Source: Malacoraja senta (Eukaryota). Taken from it: DNA of 64,000 nt. Position 1 is the first letter of the stretch, and each line of letters begins with the position of its first letter. Under the pieces are notes generated by a model. The model saw only the letters and a program-made list of their open reading frames with translations. It ran no database searches and was not told the DNA's origin. Positions 26,121 through 39,905 of the stretch are shown one piece after another. The position numbers and the translations under genes were made by a program. The stretch lies in the NCBI GenBank assembly GCA_038087875.1, contig CM075993.1:5210001-5274000 (forward strand). The letters are read 5' to 3'.

Positions 26121-27620
26121 CTTTAAGAATATAGCTTGCCAGCATTTCCCCTGCATCCTCCTCCATCACCCACCCTCCACATCCTTAGGGGTAAATAAAA
26201 ATGGGCAATGAATGCTGGCTTTGCCAGTCAGGCCCAAATCCTGAAAACTTTAATGAATGAAAACAATTGCTCAGGTCAATTGCAGCATTTCTATATTCAG
26301 CAAACTTCAAAATGAGGATCTAAACTGGAAGAGCTTCTGACCTTCCCTTTAACCTGAGGACAGTCCATTTTGTTTTCAAGGGCAGTGCAACTTAATCCAT
26401 TGTCTCTGTTCATTCATGACTCAACATGAGTGTGACAATGAGAGGTTTTCCTCGGGTTACAGTCTTAGCCTGATATTCATCCATGTGTACTTTTTCTCCC
26501 AGCGGTCAGCCATGTTTCTAAATTACAAAACTGCTTTTAGTGATGTGTTGACCCTCTGAACTTGTGTTCTTGTGGTTTAGTTCTATATCCCACTTGATGT
26601 TGAACATCAGTTTGCAAGTTGGCTCCTGTCCAAGAGTAGCTAGTTAAAAGCCACTGCCATCTTGTAGCAGAATAAATAGATTCCCAACTCTGCGCACGCC
26701 CTGGATATTTTTTGTCTGTAGTGTAAGGTTAATTCTGCAACCTGAGAGCATCTATCGCTGCCTCTGAAACCATGCAAAATGATCTGAGCAAATTCTCCAG
26801 AGTAACTAAAACCTCAGCTGGTGAAACATCTGTATTTTGTGGAAACACAAACCTTCTACAAGTGGATAGTATAAACCATTGGGGTTACTAGTTTATCTTC
26901 TACAGATGCAAGTTAATTCATTTTCAAATATTTTGTCTTTAAATTCATGTGGCCTTACTAAAACTGAGCATCTACTATTCCATGTACTGCGAAATGTGAG
27001 CACCAACATTGTATGCTGTTGTTTATTACTGGAACCGTGGACTTGGAATTACCAGTCATTTCCTTTCAAATGGTTATCAGTTCCCTGCTAACATTCATTT
27101 TCCCGCAGACTTGCATAGAAATATTTTTGACCTTGGGACACATCTAATAGTTTAATTCCTTGCCTCCATGTTTTGATTAAATAGCAAGCAATTGCAGTTC
27201 CTCTGTTTGTGCTGAAAATGTATTTGAAAGAGAGAGCCACCATTGGGTTCTATTACTAAATATGGCTATTTAGCTTAATCTCATGCCAAAGTATGCTTGT
27301 GATTCACTGATTCTCAGCTTCAAGCAGATTCCCACTGAGAAATATTTCCATTTTCATTTGCAGATTCTTTCTTTAACCCCTAATATCTGGACTGCCATTT
27401 TAGAATGGACTTGTTGTGAATCCAACCTGTTGAGTCCCGGCTGTTATTCTGACTGTGATACTTTGCCAGCCACAATAAGGTTGCCATAGCATGTATAAAT
27501 GCCCAAACGAGGGCACTATTTTTGATCCATATTCTTTTCCCCTGAAAGTGGTGGTTCATATTGAGACCTATTTTAATAAATGTTGACATCCTTGTCTACT
27601 GCCTGGAGATCGTTTAAAGA

Positions 27621-27920
27621 GCACAGTGACAAAGCTGGTCGAGCCGTTGCCTCAGTGCCAGAGACACGGGTTTGTTTCTAGTCTCATGTGTTGTCTGTGT
27701 GGAGTTTGCACATTCTTCCTGTTACTGTGTGGATTTACTCGGGTGCTCTGGTTTTCTCCCACATCCCAAAGACGTGTGGGTTTGTAGGTTAATTGACCTC
27801 TGGAAAATGTCCCCTAGTGTGTAGGGAGTGGATGCGAAAGTGGGATAATATAGAACTCATGTGAATGGGCTGATGAGGACTTGGAGGGCAGAAGGGCATG
27901 TTTCCATGTAGTATTTCTAA
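27621..27920 (+). mobile_element. V-SINE (HE1-like)
   Basis: Same family consensus as the other copies. Confidence 0.78.
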
Positions 27921-29409
27921 GTACATAAGTACTGAGCACAAAGAGTGTGTGCCAATGATTGGGACTGACATAAATACCAGCATCCATGTTTCAATCAGGC
28001 ACAAGAGTTCTTGCTCGCTTCTCCCTATTAACTTGGGTACATTGAGGATAGTTGTAGATTCAAGGAACTGCAGATGCTGGTTTAGAAAAAAAGACAACAT
28101 GTTTAGAGTAACCCAGCAGGTCTGAGGAAGGGTCTCGAACCAAAAGGTCTCTTATCCACGTTTCTCCAGAGATGCTGCCTGACACACTGAGTTGTTCCAG
28201 CACTTTGTATTTTTTGCAGCAGAAATTGGTGAGACACGAATTTCTATGTACAAAGTCATGTTGACTTTTTGAGAATAATTCTGTTGCCCGTTCGTTATTT
28301 TGGCTAAGATCAGCATAGTTTATTTCTGAGTGCCGGAGACCTGGGAGAGCAAATTGCCTGCCACTCGATCTTTTGCGAATATCACAGAAGTTTGAAATAA
28401 AACAAAGTAACTTCTGTCTTTAAAAAAAAAAAGATGTACCTACATTACTGTGGAACAATGCTATACCACATTTTCCTTACTTTATCCTTGATGACGAGTA
28501 AACCTCCAGAATTGTACTGCTGACGCACACAAAAGGTAAAAATATGTAATTTTCATAAAGGGAATGAGTTATGTGATTTGTGTTCATGTTATTTTTGTAA
28601 ATGCGTGCAAGGAAAAAAAGATTTTTTAACTCGCCCTTCATTCAGGTCTGAGCTACAAAACTTTACCAGCATTTCCTCACATGCCTTGAACTGTCTGTTT
28701 GCTTTGGTGATGATGTTGGTCAACCAGATGTTACTCCATGGGAAAAGTATTCAGCAGGAAAATGGGAAAAGTATTCTACTCTGACTTTATTCTCCAAAAA
28801 AACGTATTAAAGAAGAACAAAGTCAACTATCCCCAACACACCTGTCTCTTCCATGTCCAATTGTCAGGAGGTTACTGATGTCTCCTTTAATACTTCCATG
28901 TACTGTTTCCCAGTCGCTGGAGTCTAACCTATTTACAAAGCTGTTATGTTTTAAATGTTCTCAACCTCAGTTATGCAACATTCCCTTGGGTTTTACTGCT
29001 TAGATATTTGTTATTCCGGAGGCACAGAGGGGGACGATATATATGCAACATGAGTCCTGGGAAGCAAGAATGATTTATTCTTTCCAGCTATTTATTCCTG
29101 CAAAACAAACTCTGACCATGAGCATATGTTCAGCTTTGTGGTTTTACAATTGTGTATGCTGTCCTTGCTTCAACCCAGACCACAGATAGTTTCAGGAATA
29201 CATAGGGTTGTAATAGATATTTGGCTTTCCAAATGTCGACTTGGACTGCCAAAGAAGGGCTTGGATGGGGTGGAATTTAAGTGTTTAGGAAAACTTTATT
29301 AAATTAATATGTAGATAGCAAAACTTTGGTCATTTTTAGGTCCATAAAGCATCATTCCATTAGCTTTACAATAGTTATGGAAAAGGATCAGACTGTCCAC
29401 AGGTTGAAG

Positions 29410-30787
29410 TTCTAAATTGGAGCTAGGCCAATTATTTTGGTATTAGACAAGAAGTTTTAAAAGTTGATTTGCTGGGGCAGGTAATGGGAGGTCTAGTAAG
29501 TTGGAGCTTTTAAACGTAATGGTGAGAGCTCGAGAACAGCATGTTCCTACCGGATTGAAGGCAAGGCTGGAAGGTATAGGGAACCCTAGATGACGAGGGA
29601 TTTAGGCTCTGGTCAATAAAAAATGGGGCATATGGTTGGTGTAGGGAGTTGGGATCAAATTAATCGCTTGAAGAATATTTCCCTTAAGAAGGAAACCAGA
29701 AGGGAGAAAAGGGGACATGAGATATGTTTGGCAGATAAGGTAAAGGGGAATCAAAAGAGATTCCACAAGTTTATTAAGGACAGAGGTCTAATTAGAAAGC
29801 AAATATGGCCCCTTAAGATTAATAAGATTGGTTGTGGCTCCACACATGGTCAAGGTAAATTTAGTGACTTGACAATGTGTGGATCCACAGGAGATGGGTG
29901 AAGTGTTAAATTCATGGAGAAAGTCATGAATGCTGGGGAAGTCAGAAGTTAGTGATGTCTTGAAGAGAGTTCAGACGACAGAGGAGAATGTGCTGGAGAT
30001 TGAAAAACACATAAAATTAAATAAATCCTCAGGACATGATTAGGTGTTCATTGTGGGAATGTAAGGAAAAAATGCTGGGGCCGCTGGCGGAGACAGTTAT
30101 AGCATTCATAGACTTAGGTGATGGCTAAAGTTGTGTCTTTAGCATTCGGAAAGGTAAGGATTGGTTTTGGATAGTCAGCATGGCTTTGTACATGGAAACG
30201 CGTGGCTTACCACTTTGACTTTTTTTAGGAACTTTCCAAAAACATTGAGGGCAGTGCTGTAAATAATTAAAACTCATTTGGAGTACTGCGTACAGTTCTG
30301 GTTACCCTGCTACAGAAAAGATGTCATTAAACTGGAAAAGGTGCCAAAAAGATTCACGAGGTTGTTTCTGGGACTGGACAGTTTAAGTTATAAAGAGAGG
30401 CTGGGTCAGCTGGGCCTTTTTTCACCAGGAGTGTAAGAGGCTGAATGGAGGTTTATAAAATCATCAGGGGGAAAGGTAAGGTAAATGGCCACAGTCTGTT
30501 TTCTGAGATGGGGGAATCAAGAACTAGAGACAATAGGTTTGAGGTGAGAGGGGAAAGATTTAATTATAACTCAAGGGTCAACTTTTTCACACACAGGTAG
30601 GTATACGGAACACACTGCCAGAGGAAGTAGTTGAGGCAGATACTATAACATTTCGAAGATAGTTGGATAGGTAAGGTTTAGAGGGATATTGGCTAGCTGC
30701 AAGTGAGACTCCTTTGATGAAACAACTTGGTTGGCGTGGACAAGTTGGACCAAAGGGCCGGTTTCTGTGCTACACAGTTATGACTCC
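29410..30787 (+). mobile_element. Decayed CR1-clade LINE with internal deletions
   Basis: RREKRGHEICLADKVKGNQKRF; ttggagtactgcgtacagttctgg; caagaactagaga...tttgaggtgagaggggaaagattt; CR1 tail. Confidence 0.8.
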
Positions 30788-31904
30788 CAGTCTGAAGGTC
30801 TCGACCCAAAACGTCACCCATTCCTTTTATCCAGAGATGAGTTACTTCAGCATTTTGTGTCTATTTTCAATGTAAAACCAGCATCAGCAGTTCCTTCCAA
30901 CATACATGACTGTTAAAATGGCTTTATCATTTTCTATCCAAGATTATGGTTAGATGTACAGTGCAAACTAATGTGTACGCAGACTTCATTGAGAGTATGC
31001 CTTCACTCACTAGTTAAAGGGGAAAGCATTTCATCAGTCTGTTGGAATGAAAAAAGCCTTTTTAAACTGCTATTAATCTATTTGGCTCCCAGAAAATATA
31101 AAATGTATGGTCAAAGAATGGAATCCTTTCATTTCCACTAACATGAATGTTTCAGAATGACACTTCACTGTGCTACTATGGGTACCTGCCAACCAGCAGT
31201 ATAAATGCCAAAAATACATTTTGAAGTTCCCATGTGTTTTTTCCGATAACTACTCGAATGCCTTTCACTCCAGTGTGTAATTCCGTTAACAACTCCTCCA
31301 AATGATAGTCTGTGTGCAGCATGTCCTGGAAAATGTGCAGTGATGGGTTAAATGGCAAGTTATGTCTATGCCACACATGTCAAACCAACCTCCCGCTTCT
31401 CTTCCCTGTGCCCAACCTGGATGCGCACTCATTCCTCCCATTATTCCCCCCCCCCCCCACCTCTCCTCACCCCCCCCTCCCACGAATATTCCTTACTCTG
31501 ACCACATTTCACTCCTCCTTTTCCCCTTTTCTTACACCCTTTTGTCTCCCTCCAGCCTAACAAACCATCCCTCCCCCCATCGCTTGTATCCATGTATCAC
31601 TTGCCAGATTGTGTCCAGCCTCCACCTCTCTTTTCTGGACTTCTCCCCCCTACTACAATCACTCTGAGGAGGGTCCTGACTTAAAATGTCATCTATGGAT
31701 GACCTTCAGAGATGCTGCCTGTCCTGCTGAGTTGCTCCGGTACTTTGTTTTTGTCTGTAAACCAGCATTTTCAATTCCTCGTGTCTACCTCCCCTTGGTA
31801 TTTAGTGGTATTAATATTGCTTAGAGTTTTGGAATCCCCCCACTATCACCGTCTTCGAGTCACCACTAATCAGAAAATGAACCAGGTACGTTACTAATAT
31901 AATG

Positions 31905-32132
31905 TGTATGAAGGAACTGCAGATGCTGGTTTAAACCAAAGATAGACACAAAATGCTGGAGTAACTCAACGGGACAGGCAGTATCTCCGGAGAGAAGGAA
32001 TGGGTGACGTTTCGGGTCGAGATCCGATGACCATCAGTCTGAAGAAGGGTCTTGACCCGAATCGTCACCCGTTCCTTCTCTCCAGAGATGCTGCCTGTCC
32101 CGCTGAGTTACCCCAGCATTTTGTGTCTATCT
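31905..32132. mobile_element. Inverted pair of Penelope-type pLTR fragments
   Basis: Near-perfect ~90-nt arms around cagtctgaagaagggtcttgacccgaatcgtcacc. Confidence 0.78.
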
Positions 32133-34079
32133 TAGGTTACAAACATAGGCCACTTCCTGATATTCTTTCCACTGCCTACAAGTATCAAATCAGAATTGTC
32201 ATGGAGAATGCTTCATCAACATTCACGCAACTGATCAATCTAGCCCAGCTGAATAAGACCCCCTCCTCTCACAACGGCCAAACCACTCAGTCTTCCACCA
32301 CCATTGCATCATGTCCTTTTGACTTCAAGAAGACAACTCGCCGCCAGAATCTCAAGGGCATTTAGGAGACCTTGCTGAGATGCCCCGTTCCCTAAAGACT
32401 TAAAATTAACATCCAGTGTTCCAGAGATGCTGCTTGTGCTGCTGAGTTACTCCATGTTTTGTGTCTTATCTTTTATAATCTGGCTAATGTGATAAATTCA
32501 TCATGATGGCATCTGAGGATATGACTAGTCTTCTTGACTTTGAATATTGAAAGGGAATTAAAACCCATGGGCCTGTGTGATTCTGTTATTTCCTCATTTC
32601 CTTCCTCGACCTCCCAGCTAAATGACGGGATAGTGAAGGGCGTAAAGCTCACCACCTAGTTTATAATGCTCTTTCTAACCCATGGCGTTGAGCAACATTT
32701 AACATCCTGACTGCTCTGCCAGTTTCAGGGACTTAAAGTTCCTGCCATTATCTTCAGCTGGATCTAAAATTGGACAGGGAAATTTCCTCTTTCAACGGGG
32801 CACTTCTTTATGTACACTCATCAGAGTCTAGTGCCATTGTCTGGAAAGAATGAGTCTTAAGTGAGCAATTGGAAGCTCACAAAATGTTTGATTTTTTTGA
32901 TATTCTATATTCTTGATTTTTCCACTTCCATGACAATTGCACCATGATTGCCAATTCATCTACAAGTACAAGATCCCCACTCATATAAGTAGCACAGTGC
33001 CTTAAAGTTCTAGTCTGAGTGACATACAATTCCATCACAAAAACAGCAGCAAATTGGCCTTGAGGGCAGAGGATTAAGGTCAGCGGTGGAAAGTTTAAAG
33101 GAGATTTACGGGCAGGTTTCTGTACAAAGAGTGGTGGGTGCCTGGAACGTGCTGCTAGAGGTGGCGATGGTGGAAGCATATATGGTAGTGGTGTTTTAAT
33201 AATCTTTTAGGTAGGCATGTGGATATGGAGGGAGATAGATCACATACTGACAGAGGAGATTAGTGCACTAGGTTTGATTAACGAGAAGTTACCCAATAAT
33301 CTACACCTTGGCTGGGAATGGCAGAAGGAGCAGGTTTCATGGCGTTATATCATGACACAGTACAGTTTCGTTTATTGTCACGTGTACCGAGGTACAGTGA
33401 AAAGCTGTGATCAAGGTAATAGTTTCTTGCTTCCATCCTGCATATTTTTATAAACACTCTTCCACCATTTCCCCCACCCACCCACCCCAACAACGAATTA
33501 CCAAGTCAGAGCATTAAAAAAATAGGAATTAGTAAGTAAGTAAATTTTATTTATATAGCACGTTTAAATCAACTTGCGTTGAAACCAAAGTGCTTTACAT
33601 AGAAGAAATAATGAAGTTTCCGTACATCCATAGAAAAATTAAAATTAGAATTAGGAGATAATTTTGCAGCTATGAAAGTTTAGTTGAAACATGAGACCGT
33701 CTCCACTACACTTTTGCATTTAACTAATTGATATGAATGTGTTCCAGAATAAAGAACAGCAGATGAAAGACTCCATGAGGCCCTGTGTTTAGCCCAGTCA
33801 TTTACAATTCTAAGTGAATACTCGGGCATGCTGTTAACTGCAAATAACCTGACCAGTCATCCTGTCTGATCCCAGACGGGCAATCATTAATATACAAAAG
33901 TGTTTGTTGAACCAAATGACACTGATACAGTTTCAGCAATTTTGAACATGAATTTAGTGTTTTAAATTTTTAAGCAAAAAGGCATTGAATTCTCCGACTT
34001 TAAGTAAATTAACTACAAAACACTCCCCCGCTCTCATTTCTCACTTCCATCCACCACCTCCACCCCCCCACCCCCCCCC

Positions 34080-34835
34080 CCTTGTGCCCCACCAAGGCGC
34101 GCACCAATTTCTCCACTCCCCACACCTTCCACTTATATTCTTTTGATAGACACAAAATGCTGCAGTAACTCAGCAGGACAGGCAGCATCTCTAGAGAGAA
34201 GGAATTGGTGACATTTCAGGTCGAGACCTTTCTTCAGTCTGAAGAAGGGACTTGACCCGAAAGGTCACCAATTCTGTCTCTCCAAATATGCTGCCTGTCC
34301 TGCTGAGTTACTGCGGCATTTTGTGTCTATCTTCGGTGTAAACCAGGATCTGCAGTTCCTTCCTACACCTATATATTCCTTCGCCTGGCTTCACAATCCA
34401 CCTCTTCTACCCTTATCTCACACCTTCTTGTCTTTTCATCTCTGGCCTTTGTCCGACCATCTGCCTATCAAAACCTGCCCACTCCTGTATTTACCTATTA
34501 CTTGTCAAGCTTGGTTCTTCCCCCTCCTCTCTTCCGGTCCAGCTTTCATCCCCTACCCCACCTCCCACCACAACCAGTCGGAAGAAGGGTCCCGACCTGA
34601 AACAATACCTACCAACGTTCTCCAGATATGTTGTCTGACCCACTGAGTTATCACCACACTTTGTGTCTATTTTTGTAATCCAGCATCTGTAGTTCTTTGT
34701 TTTTCCAACTCCTGTTTGGACGACATTGTGATGACCAAAGATAATGGGAAGATGGACACAAAAAGCTGGAGTAACTCAGCGGGACAGGCAGCATCTCTGG
34801 AGAGAAGGGATGGTGACGTTTCGTGTTGAGACCTG
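34080..34835. mobile_element. Cluster of nested Penelope-type pLTRs
   Basis: Inverted pair 34147-34366 inserted in a longer pyrimidine-rich pLTR ending at ~34705. A further copy lies at 34755-34835. Confidence 0.7.
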
Positions 34836-35039
34836 AAATTCAGACTGAAATTAGGATGAATACCTTGATTGATTTTTGGAGGCTCTATCAATAAGTGACA
34901 CATAAATGCCTGCCAAACTAGTTTCAGTTGAACTAATATTTTAACCTATTGAGCTAATTGATGAAGCAGTCAGTAATATTATTAATTCCCAACTTAAATT
35001 GCCTGTGCAGGAAAGAAATTAAAGCATAATCCTCTTAGA

Positions 35040-35134
35040 ATGATGGGTGGACTCGCATCAAACACAACGCTGCCTCCACTTTTTACTGATGATGATGTAT
35101 CAAAGGAGAGTGCGGACCTGACAGTCGATGCTGG
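35040..35134 (+). CDS. HMG20A: HMG20A first coding exon (MMGGLASNTTLPPLFTDDDVSKESADLTVDA-G)
   Basis: Translation resembles the vertebrate HMG20A N-terminus (TLPPLF.D.D.SKES.DL). Tandem ATG at 35040 and 35043. Donor GG|GTATGT, phase 2. Not in the ORF track. Confidence 0.9.
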
Positions 35135-35679
35135 GTATGTTTTGCATTCTTTTACTAAAAATTACTAAAACACTATAATGTTGCACACAACGAATAAATA
35201 ATTGGAATGCGACAGATGCCAAAATCTGGATGGTAAATAAGTCGGCAGTATCTTTAAAAAAAAATTCGGAACATTGTTTTATGCCTGCGGACTGTGGACT
35301 ATGAGATGTGGTGACTGTTGTTGCAGGATGGATCCATAGATCTCGACTTTCCCCCAGCTTTCCTATATTCTGAAAGGCTGCAGAATCTTTCAGTCATGCC
35401 ATATTCAGACTTGGTAGGAGTGTTTTACTGATAAGAAAAATGTATAATTGTGCTAACTTTCCTTTGTTCTGTGAGTGGAGCCCGAGAAGCACTGAGCGAC
35501 GTTTGTGCTCATTGTAATCTTGCCACTCCCGTCTGACGAATCAATTAAAGATTGCCATGGTTTACCTTGAACAGTTTTTGTTGCTATCTGCTTTTTAAAG
35601 AACAAACTTTGACACTATGGGGGTGGAGGGGAGGGGGCAGCTGGGAAGGTGGGTGGAGTGGTAAGATGGGAACTAGAGG

Positions 35680-36412
35680 TGTACGAAGCAACTGCAGATG
35701 CTGGTTTAAACCGAAGATAGACACAAAATACTGGAGTAACTCAGGCAGCATCTCTGGAGTGGGTGTTGTTTTGGATCGAGACCAGTGGATAGAGGATGGG
35801 TGAACACTAATTTGCAGACTAAGCCAGGCAAAGGAGGGGCTGGTGTAGAGCTGAGAGAAAGGGGGAGGATGAGGGGGAACGCAATGACTACCAGTACTGG
35901 AATCTGGTAAGTAAAGAAGATGATAATGGGAACCATTAGGTGCAAGTAAAGATCAGACCAAACCAGACCAGATGGGGAGGAAGCCTGTGGGTGAAGTGTG
36001 TGTGTAGTGGGTGGTTGGAACCAGAAGAGGGGGAGGGGGGCAAGAGAGACAAAAATGAGTGATTGGGGGGAGGGGGGGGGGGGGGTTGGGAAAGGGCAGC
36101 AAAAATGCCTTGTTCTTGCAATGCTGCCGCAAGTAAGAATTTTATTCTTCTGGTTCATTTCTGGTGCACATGACAAATACATTTTTTGGACTCTTGAAAT
36201 GAGAAGCCCAGAGTAAAGTTGGAAGGGGAAAGGAGAGAGAAGTAAACCAACACTAGGCGAGCTTGCCTTCCGTTGTACAATGCAATGTTCCTGCCATTGG
36301 GTTGCACATAATCCAGGCAGAATATGAGGTGTTGTTCCTCAAGCTTGTGTTGGCAGTTGGGAAGACCGTGGATTGCCGGGTTGGTGTGGGAATGGAGAGG
36401 GGAATCGAACTG
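35680..36412 (-). mobile_element. Decayed Penelope-like element 3' end
   Basis: The - strand near 36310-36346 encodes KLEEQHLIFCLDY (same motif as at 19402), followed by a purine-rich pLTR. Confidence 0.6.
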
Positions 36413-37241
36413 AAGTAGATCTTCAAAACCTTTCTTAGGAAATGAGTTCCAGCGCTGATTCTTATGACGTATAATTTTAGACTCTAGTCTCCCAGGATCC
36501 TTCTCAGTTTCCTTTCTTCAGAAACGGCCATGGTGAGCAGCAATATGAGGCTATTTAAACGTGGGGATTCCAAAAAAAGCCAGTTCTTTCTCAATCTGTG
36601 TGGACCAACTTGCATTCAGAAGCAGTACATTTTTAAGAATCCTTCGCTATCCCTGGAGTGCAAATGATATTGTGGATACAGTGCTGTGTAAACCACTCAG
36701 CCAGTAATTCATCTCCAACGTGCTGCCTTGGAAAGATGCCATGTATTCTCACTTTCTAAACCGAACCAAACCGATTTACACCAAATAGATCTTGAACTCA
36801 AAAATGTGTACATCGTTATATTAAAGATTTGCCACCATATTTTTTTAGTCTTGTTGAATGATTTCAGCAATTGTATGAGTTTATCGGTTTCATCATAATT
36901 GAAGTCTTGGCTTCTGTTTATTGAAACGTAGTGAAGTGTGTACATTGACAGTAATTTGCCCATTTCCAAATCATAGTCATTGTAAACGTGTATTAACCAT
37001 GAACAACCATAGAGTAGGGGGCAAGTATTAGAGGTACTATATCTGATCTATAAGAGTGTGCGTAAATGAGAAGTCTGTTGTTTGACTTAAATCAATGCTG
37101 TCACTAGATTTACTTATTATTCCGGGTATGCTGCAGAAAAAAATAGGATGCACTAAAGTCTGTGATAACTTCGATTGACTTCATCAGCACCACTGCTGAT
37201 AACAAACCTGTTACTGATGATACTTTTGTGTTACAAAGTCG

Positions 37242-37242
<1 letters not shown>

Positions 37243-37272
<30 letters not shown>

Positions 37273-37306
37273 GATATAGATATCTATTTATATATTTATA
37301 TATTTA
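37243..37306. repeat. Imperfect (TA)n microsatellite
   Basis: Directly visible. Confidence 0.9.
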
Positions 37307-37393
37307 TTTCTGAGACCAAATCCAAATTTCAATACTTAAATTTGATATGACACTGCTAAGTGCTAACACACAGTTTAAGTGGACATCATATTT

Positions 37394-37666
37394 AAGAAGG
37401 AACTGCAGATGCTGGAAAATTGAAGGTAGACAAAAATGCTGGAGAAACTCAGCGGGTGCAGCAGCATCTATGGAGCGAAGGAAATAGGCAACGTTTTGGG
37501 CCGAAACCCTGAAGGAAATAGGCAATGTTTCGGGCCGAAACCCTGAAGGAAATAGGCAACGTTTCGGGACGAAACCCGGAAGGGTTTCGGCCCGAAACGT
37601 TGCCTATTTCCTTCGCTCCATAGATGCTGCTGCACCTGCTGAGTTTCTCCAGCACTTTTGTCTACC
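37394..37666. mobile_element. Young palindromic Penelope-type pLTR insertion with internal tandem repeats
   Basis: Near-perfect arms, three tandem copies of gaaggaaataggcaacgtttcgggccgaaaccc, TSD-like ttaagtgg(a/c)catcat at 37375-37389 and 37667-37681. Confidence 0.8.
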
Positions 37667-38576
37667 TTAAGTGGCCATCATTTGAAAATATGATTAACAT
37701 CATTATCAGCAGAAAGTAAATTAATTATCTTTCAAAAGTCTATGAAATGCATTGATAAATTTTGTGATGGAATGTTCTTGGGCAGTTTTACAATTATATT
37801 GCGGTAGCTTTTGTGATTTCTCCAGTGGTCTGCCTGTCAGGGAAATCACCAGCGGATGCAAACTGCTGGAGTAACTCAGCAGGTCAGGCAACATCTCTGC
37901 TGTTTCGGGTTGAGACCCTTCTTCAGACTGGAAGGGTCTTGACCCAAAACGTCACCTATCCGTGTTCTCCAGAGATGCTGCCTGATCCACTGAGTTACTC
38001 CAGCACTTTGTGTACTTTTGTGCAGTACCCACCATCTGCAGTTACTTGTTTCAACATGGGAATCACCAGCCTGGAATGCATTCAGTAATCACATCAAACT
38101 GTTTCCAGCTGGATTATTTCTTTAAAAAAATGCACCATCAACATCATAGACACAAAACATAATGAATTTGCTGTAACAAATGTCCACGGGCATTGACCTC
38201 AGCCAACCTGAATAAAGAGATGGACAAAGAGGCATCTGAAATGTTCTCAGCCAGAATGTAGGATTTATCTCTGGGATATTGGTGGGGATGTGAATTCCTT
38301 GCTCTGTGCTCTGTGAGAAACATCAGTGTAGCAATTTTATACTTCCGGAAAGATACTTAATTACGGTGATTTCATGGCGGTTTCACGTCTTTCACTGGTA
38401 ATGGTGGTGAGAACAGTTTATGATGGGAGAAAAAAAATCAATGTTCGAGAAGCAAATTTCAGTGGAACTTTTGCTGTACTTTATTTGTGCCAGTTCAGTA
38501 AACAGGCATGAGAATATCAGTATGCTTGCAGATTCTTTGAACAACAAATGTTTTTTTTCCTTCCTTTTGAATGCAG

Positions 38577-38724
38577 ATTTTCAGGCGCAGAAGGCTCATA
38601 CAGTTCAGGGGTGTCTCAGTCTATGAACAATCCAGAGTTTGTGGAGGATCTGTCTCAGGTGCAGTTACTGCAGAATGAGTCCCCTCGGGCAGCAGATACC
38701 AATGAGCAGAGAAGTGAGGAGGAG
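38577..38724 (+). CDS. HMG20A: HMG20A coding exon 2 (FSGAEGSYSSGVSQSMNNPEFVEDLSQVQLLQNESPRAADTNEQRSEEE)
   Basis: Polypyrimidine tract and GCAG acceptor, GAG|GTGAGT donor, 148 nt, phase 2 to 0. NNPEFVEDLSQ.QLLQ.ES matches HMG20A. Confidence 0.95.
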
Positions 38725-39166
38725 GTGAGTGGGGAAAACCATCTGTGTTCATCCCTTGGTTGTTAAACCACACAGTTAAACCATTGTATCCACGGGAACA
38801 AGCAGTCCTACTTTGTTTTTGCACAAAAGTCCACACTTCTCTGCCAATTAATTTGCACTATTCAAGTTCCACATTTTGTGCCATTCATGAGAACCTGTGA
38901 ATTGCAAAAGCTGAACATGCAGTGGAAACATTAAAAAATATGGTTCGTTTTTGTGCGGAGGAGGCAGATCAGAGCTGAGTGGATAAAGAGCATCGCAGTG
39001 GCCAACAGAGATGTCATCCATTGTCTCGGCGTTGGAGGAAAACAACGTCAGCTACAAAGCTTTTTCTTTATTTATCTTTTCCATTCCGATTTCTCACTGG
39101 TAATTGTGACCCCCACCTCCTCCCAAAGAGAAACAAAATTCTACCTCTCATTTAGATTATTATCAA

Positions 39167-39905
39167 GGGCAGCACAGTGGCGCAGCTGGTAGAGCTTCTG
39201 CCTCACATCACCGGAGACCCGGGTTCGATCCTGACCTCAGGTACTCTCTGTGTGGCGTTTTGCTAATTTGACCGCTTAGGTTTCCTCTCTCATCTCAAAA
39301 ACAATCGGGTTTAAGTTAATTGCCCTCTATAAAATTGCTCCTAACGTGAATGGAGTGGATGAGAAATCAAGATAACAGTGTGAATTGGTGAGTGTGGCTC
39401 AGTGGACTGAAGGACATGTTTCCATGTTGTATCTCTATCTAAATTATGGTTCTTATATGGTGTTGTATGTCCCTCTGTACCTCACCCAAGTACCCATATT
39501 GCAGTTATAACCTGGTATCTACAGCGCAGACTCCCTGTGCAAAACGTAGATGCAGAAATACGGGCTGTCTGTGTGGCATCCTTTCACTGGGTATCTCATC
39601 AGGCTAGAAATCAAATGTCCTTTCAAGACTGAGTACACAGTTGACACAGTGGTGCAGCAGAAGAGTTGCAGCCTCACAGCACCAGAGACCCGGGTTCGAT
39701 CCTGACTACGGGTGCTGTCTGTACAGAGTTTGCATGTTCTCCCTATGGCCGATTGGATTTTCTCAGGGTACTCGAGTTTCCTCCCACATTCCAAAGATGT
39801 GCAGGTTTGTAGGCTAATTGGCTTCTGTAAGTTATTCCGAGAGTGTAGGATAGAACTAGTCTACGGGATGGACTCAGTGGGCTGAAATGCCTGTTTCAAC
39901 TCTAA
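39167..39905 (+). mobile_element. Two V-SINE (HE1-like) copies (39167-39440, 39643-39905)
   Basis: Both have the A-box-like tggcgcagc/tggtgcagc head and the B box gggttcgatcc. Confidence 0.82.

Noticed and set aside
37478..37580. Tandem ~34-nt repeats resembling a CRISPR array
   Set aside because: No unique spacers, eukaryotic context, and the unit is part of the Penelope pLTR.
39167..39240. tRNA-like sequences with A/B boxes (also 49242, 54851, 57908)
   Set aside because: They are SINE heads continuing into SINE body and tail, with no complete cloverleaf.
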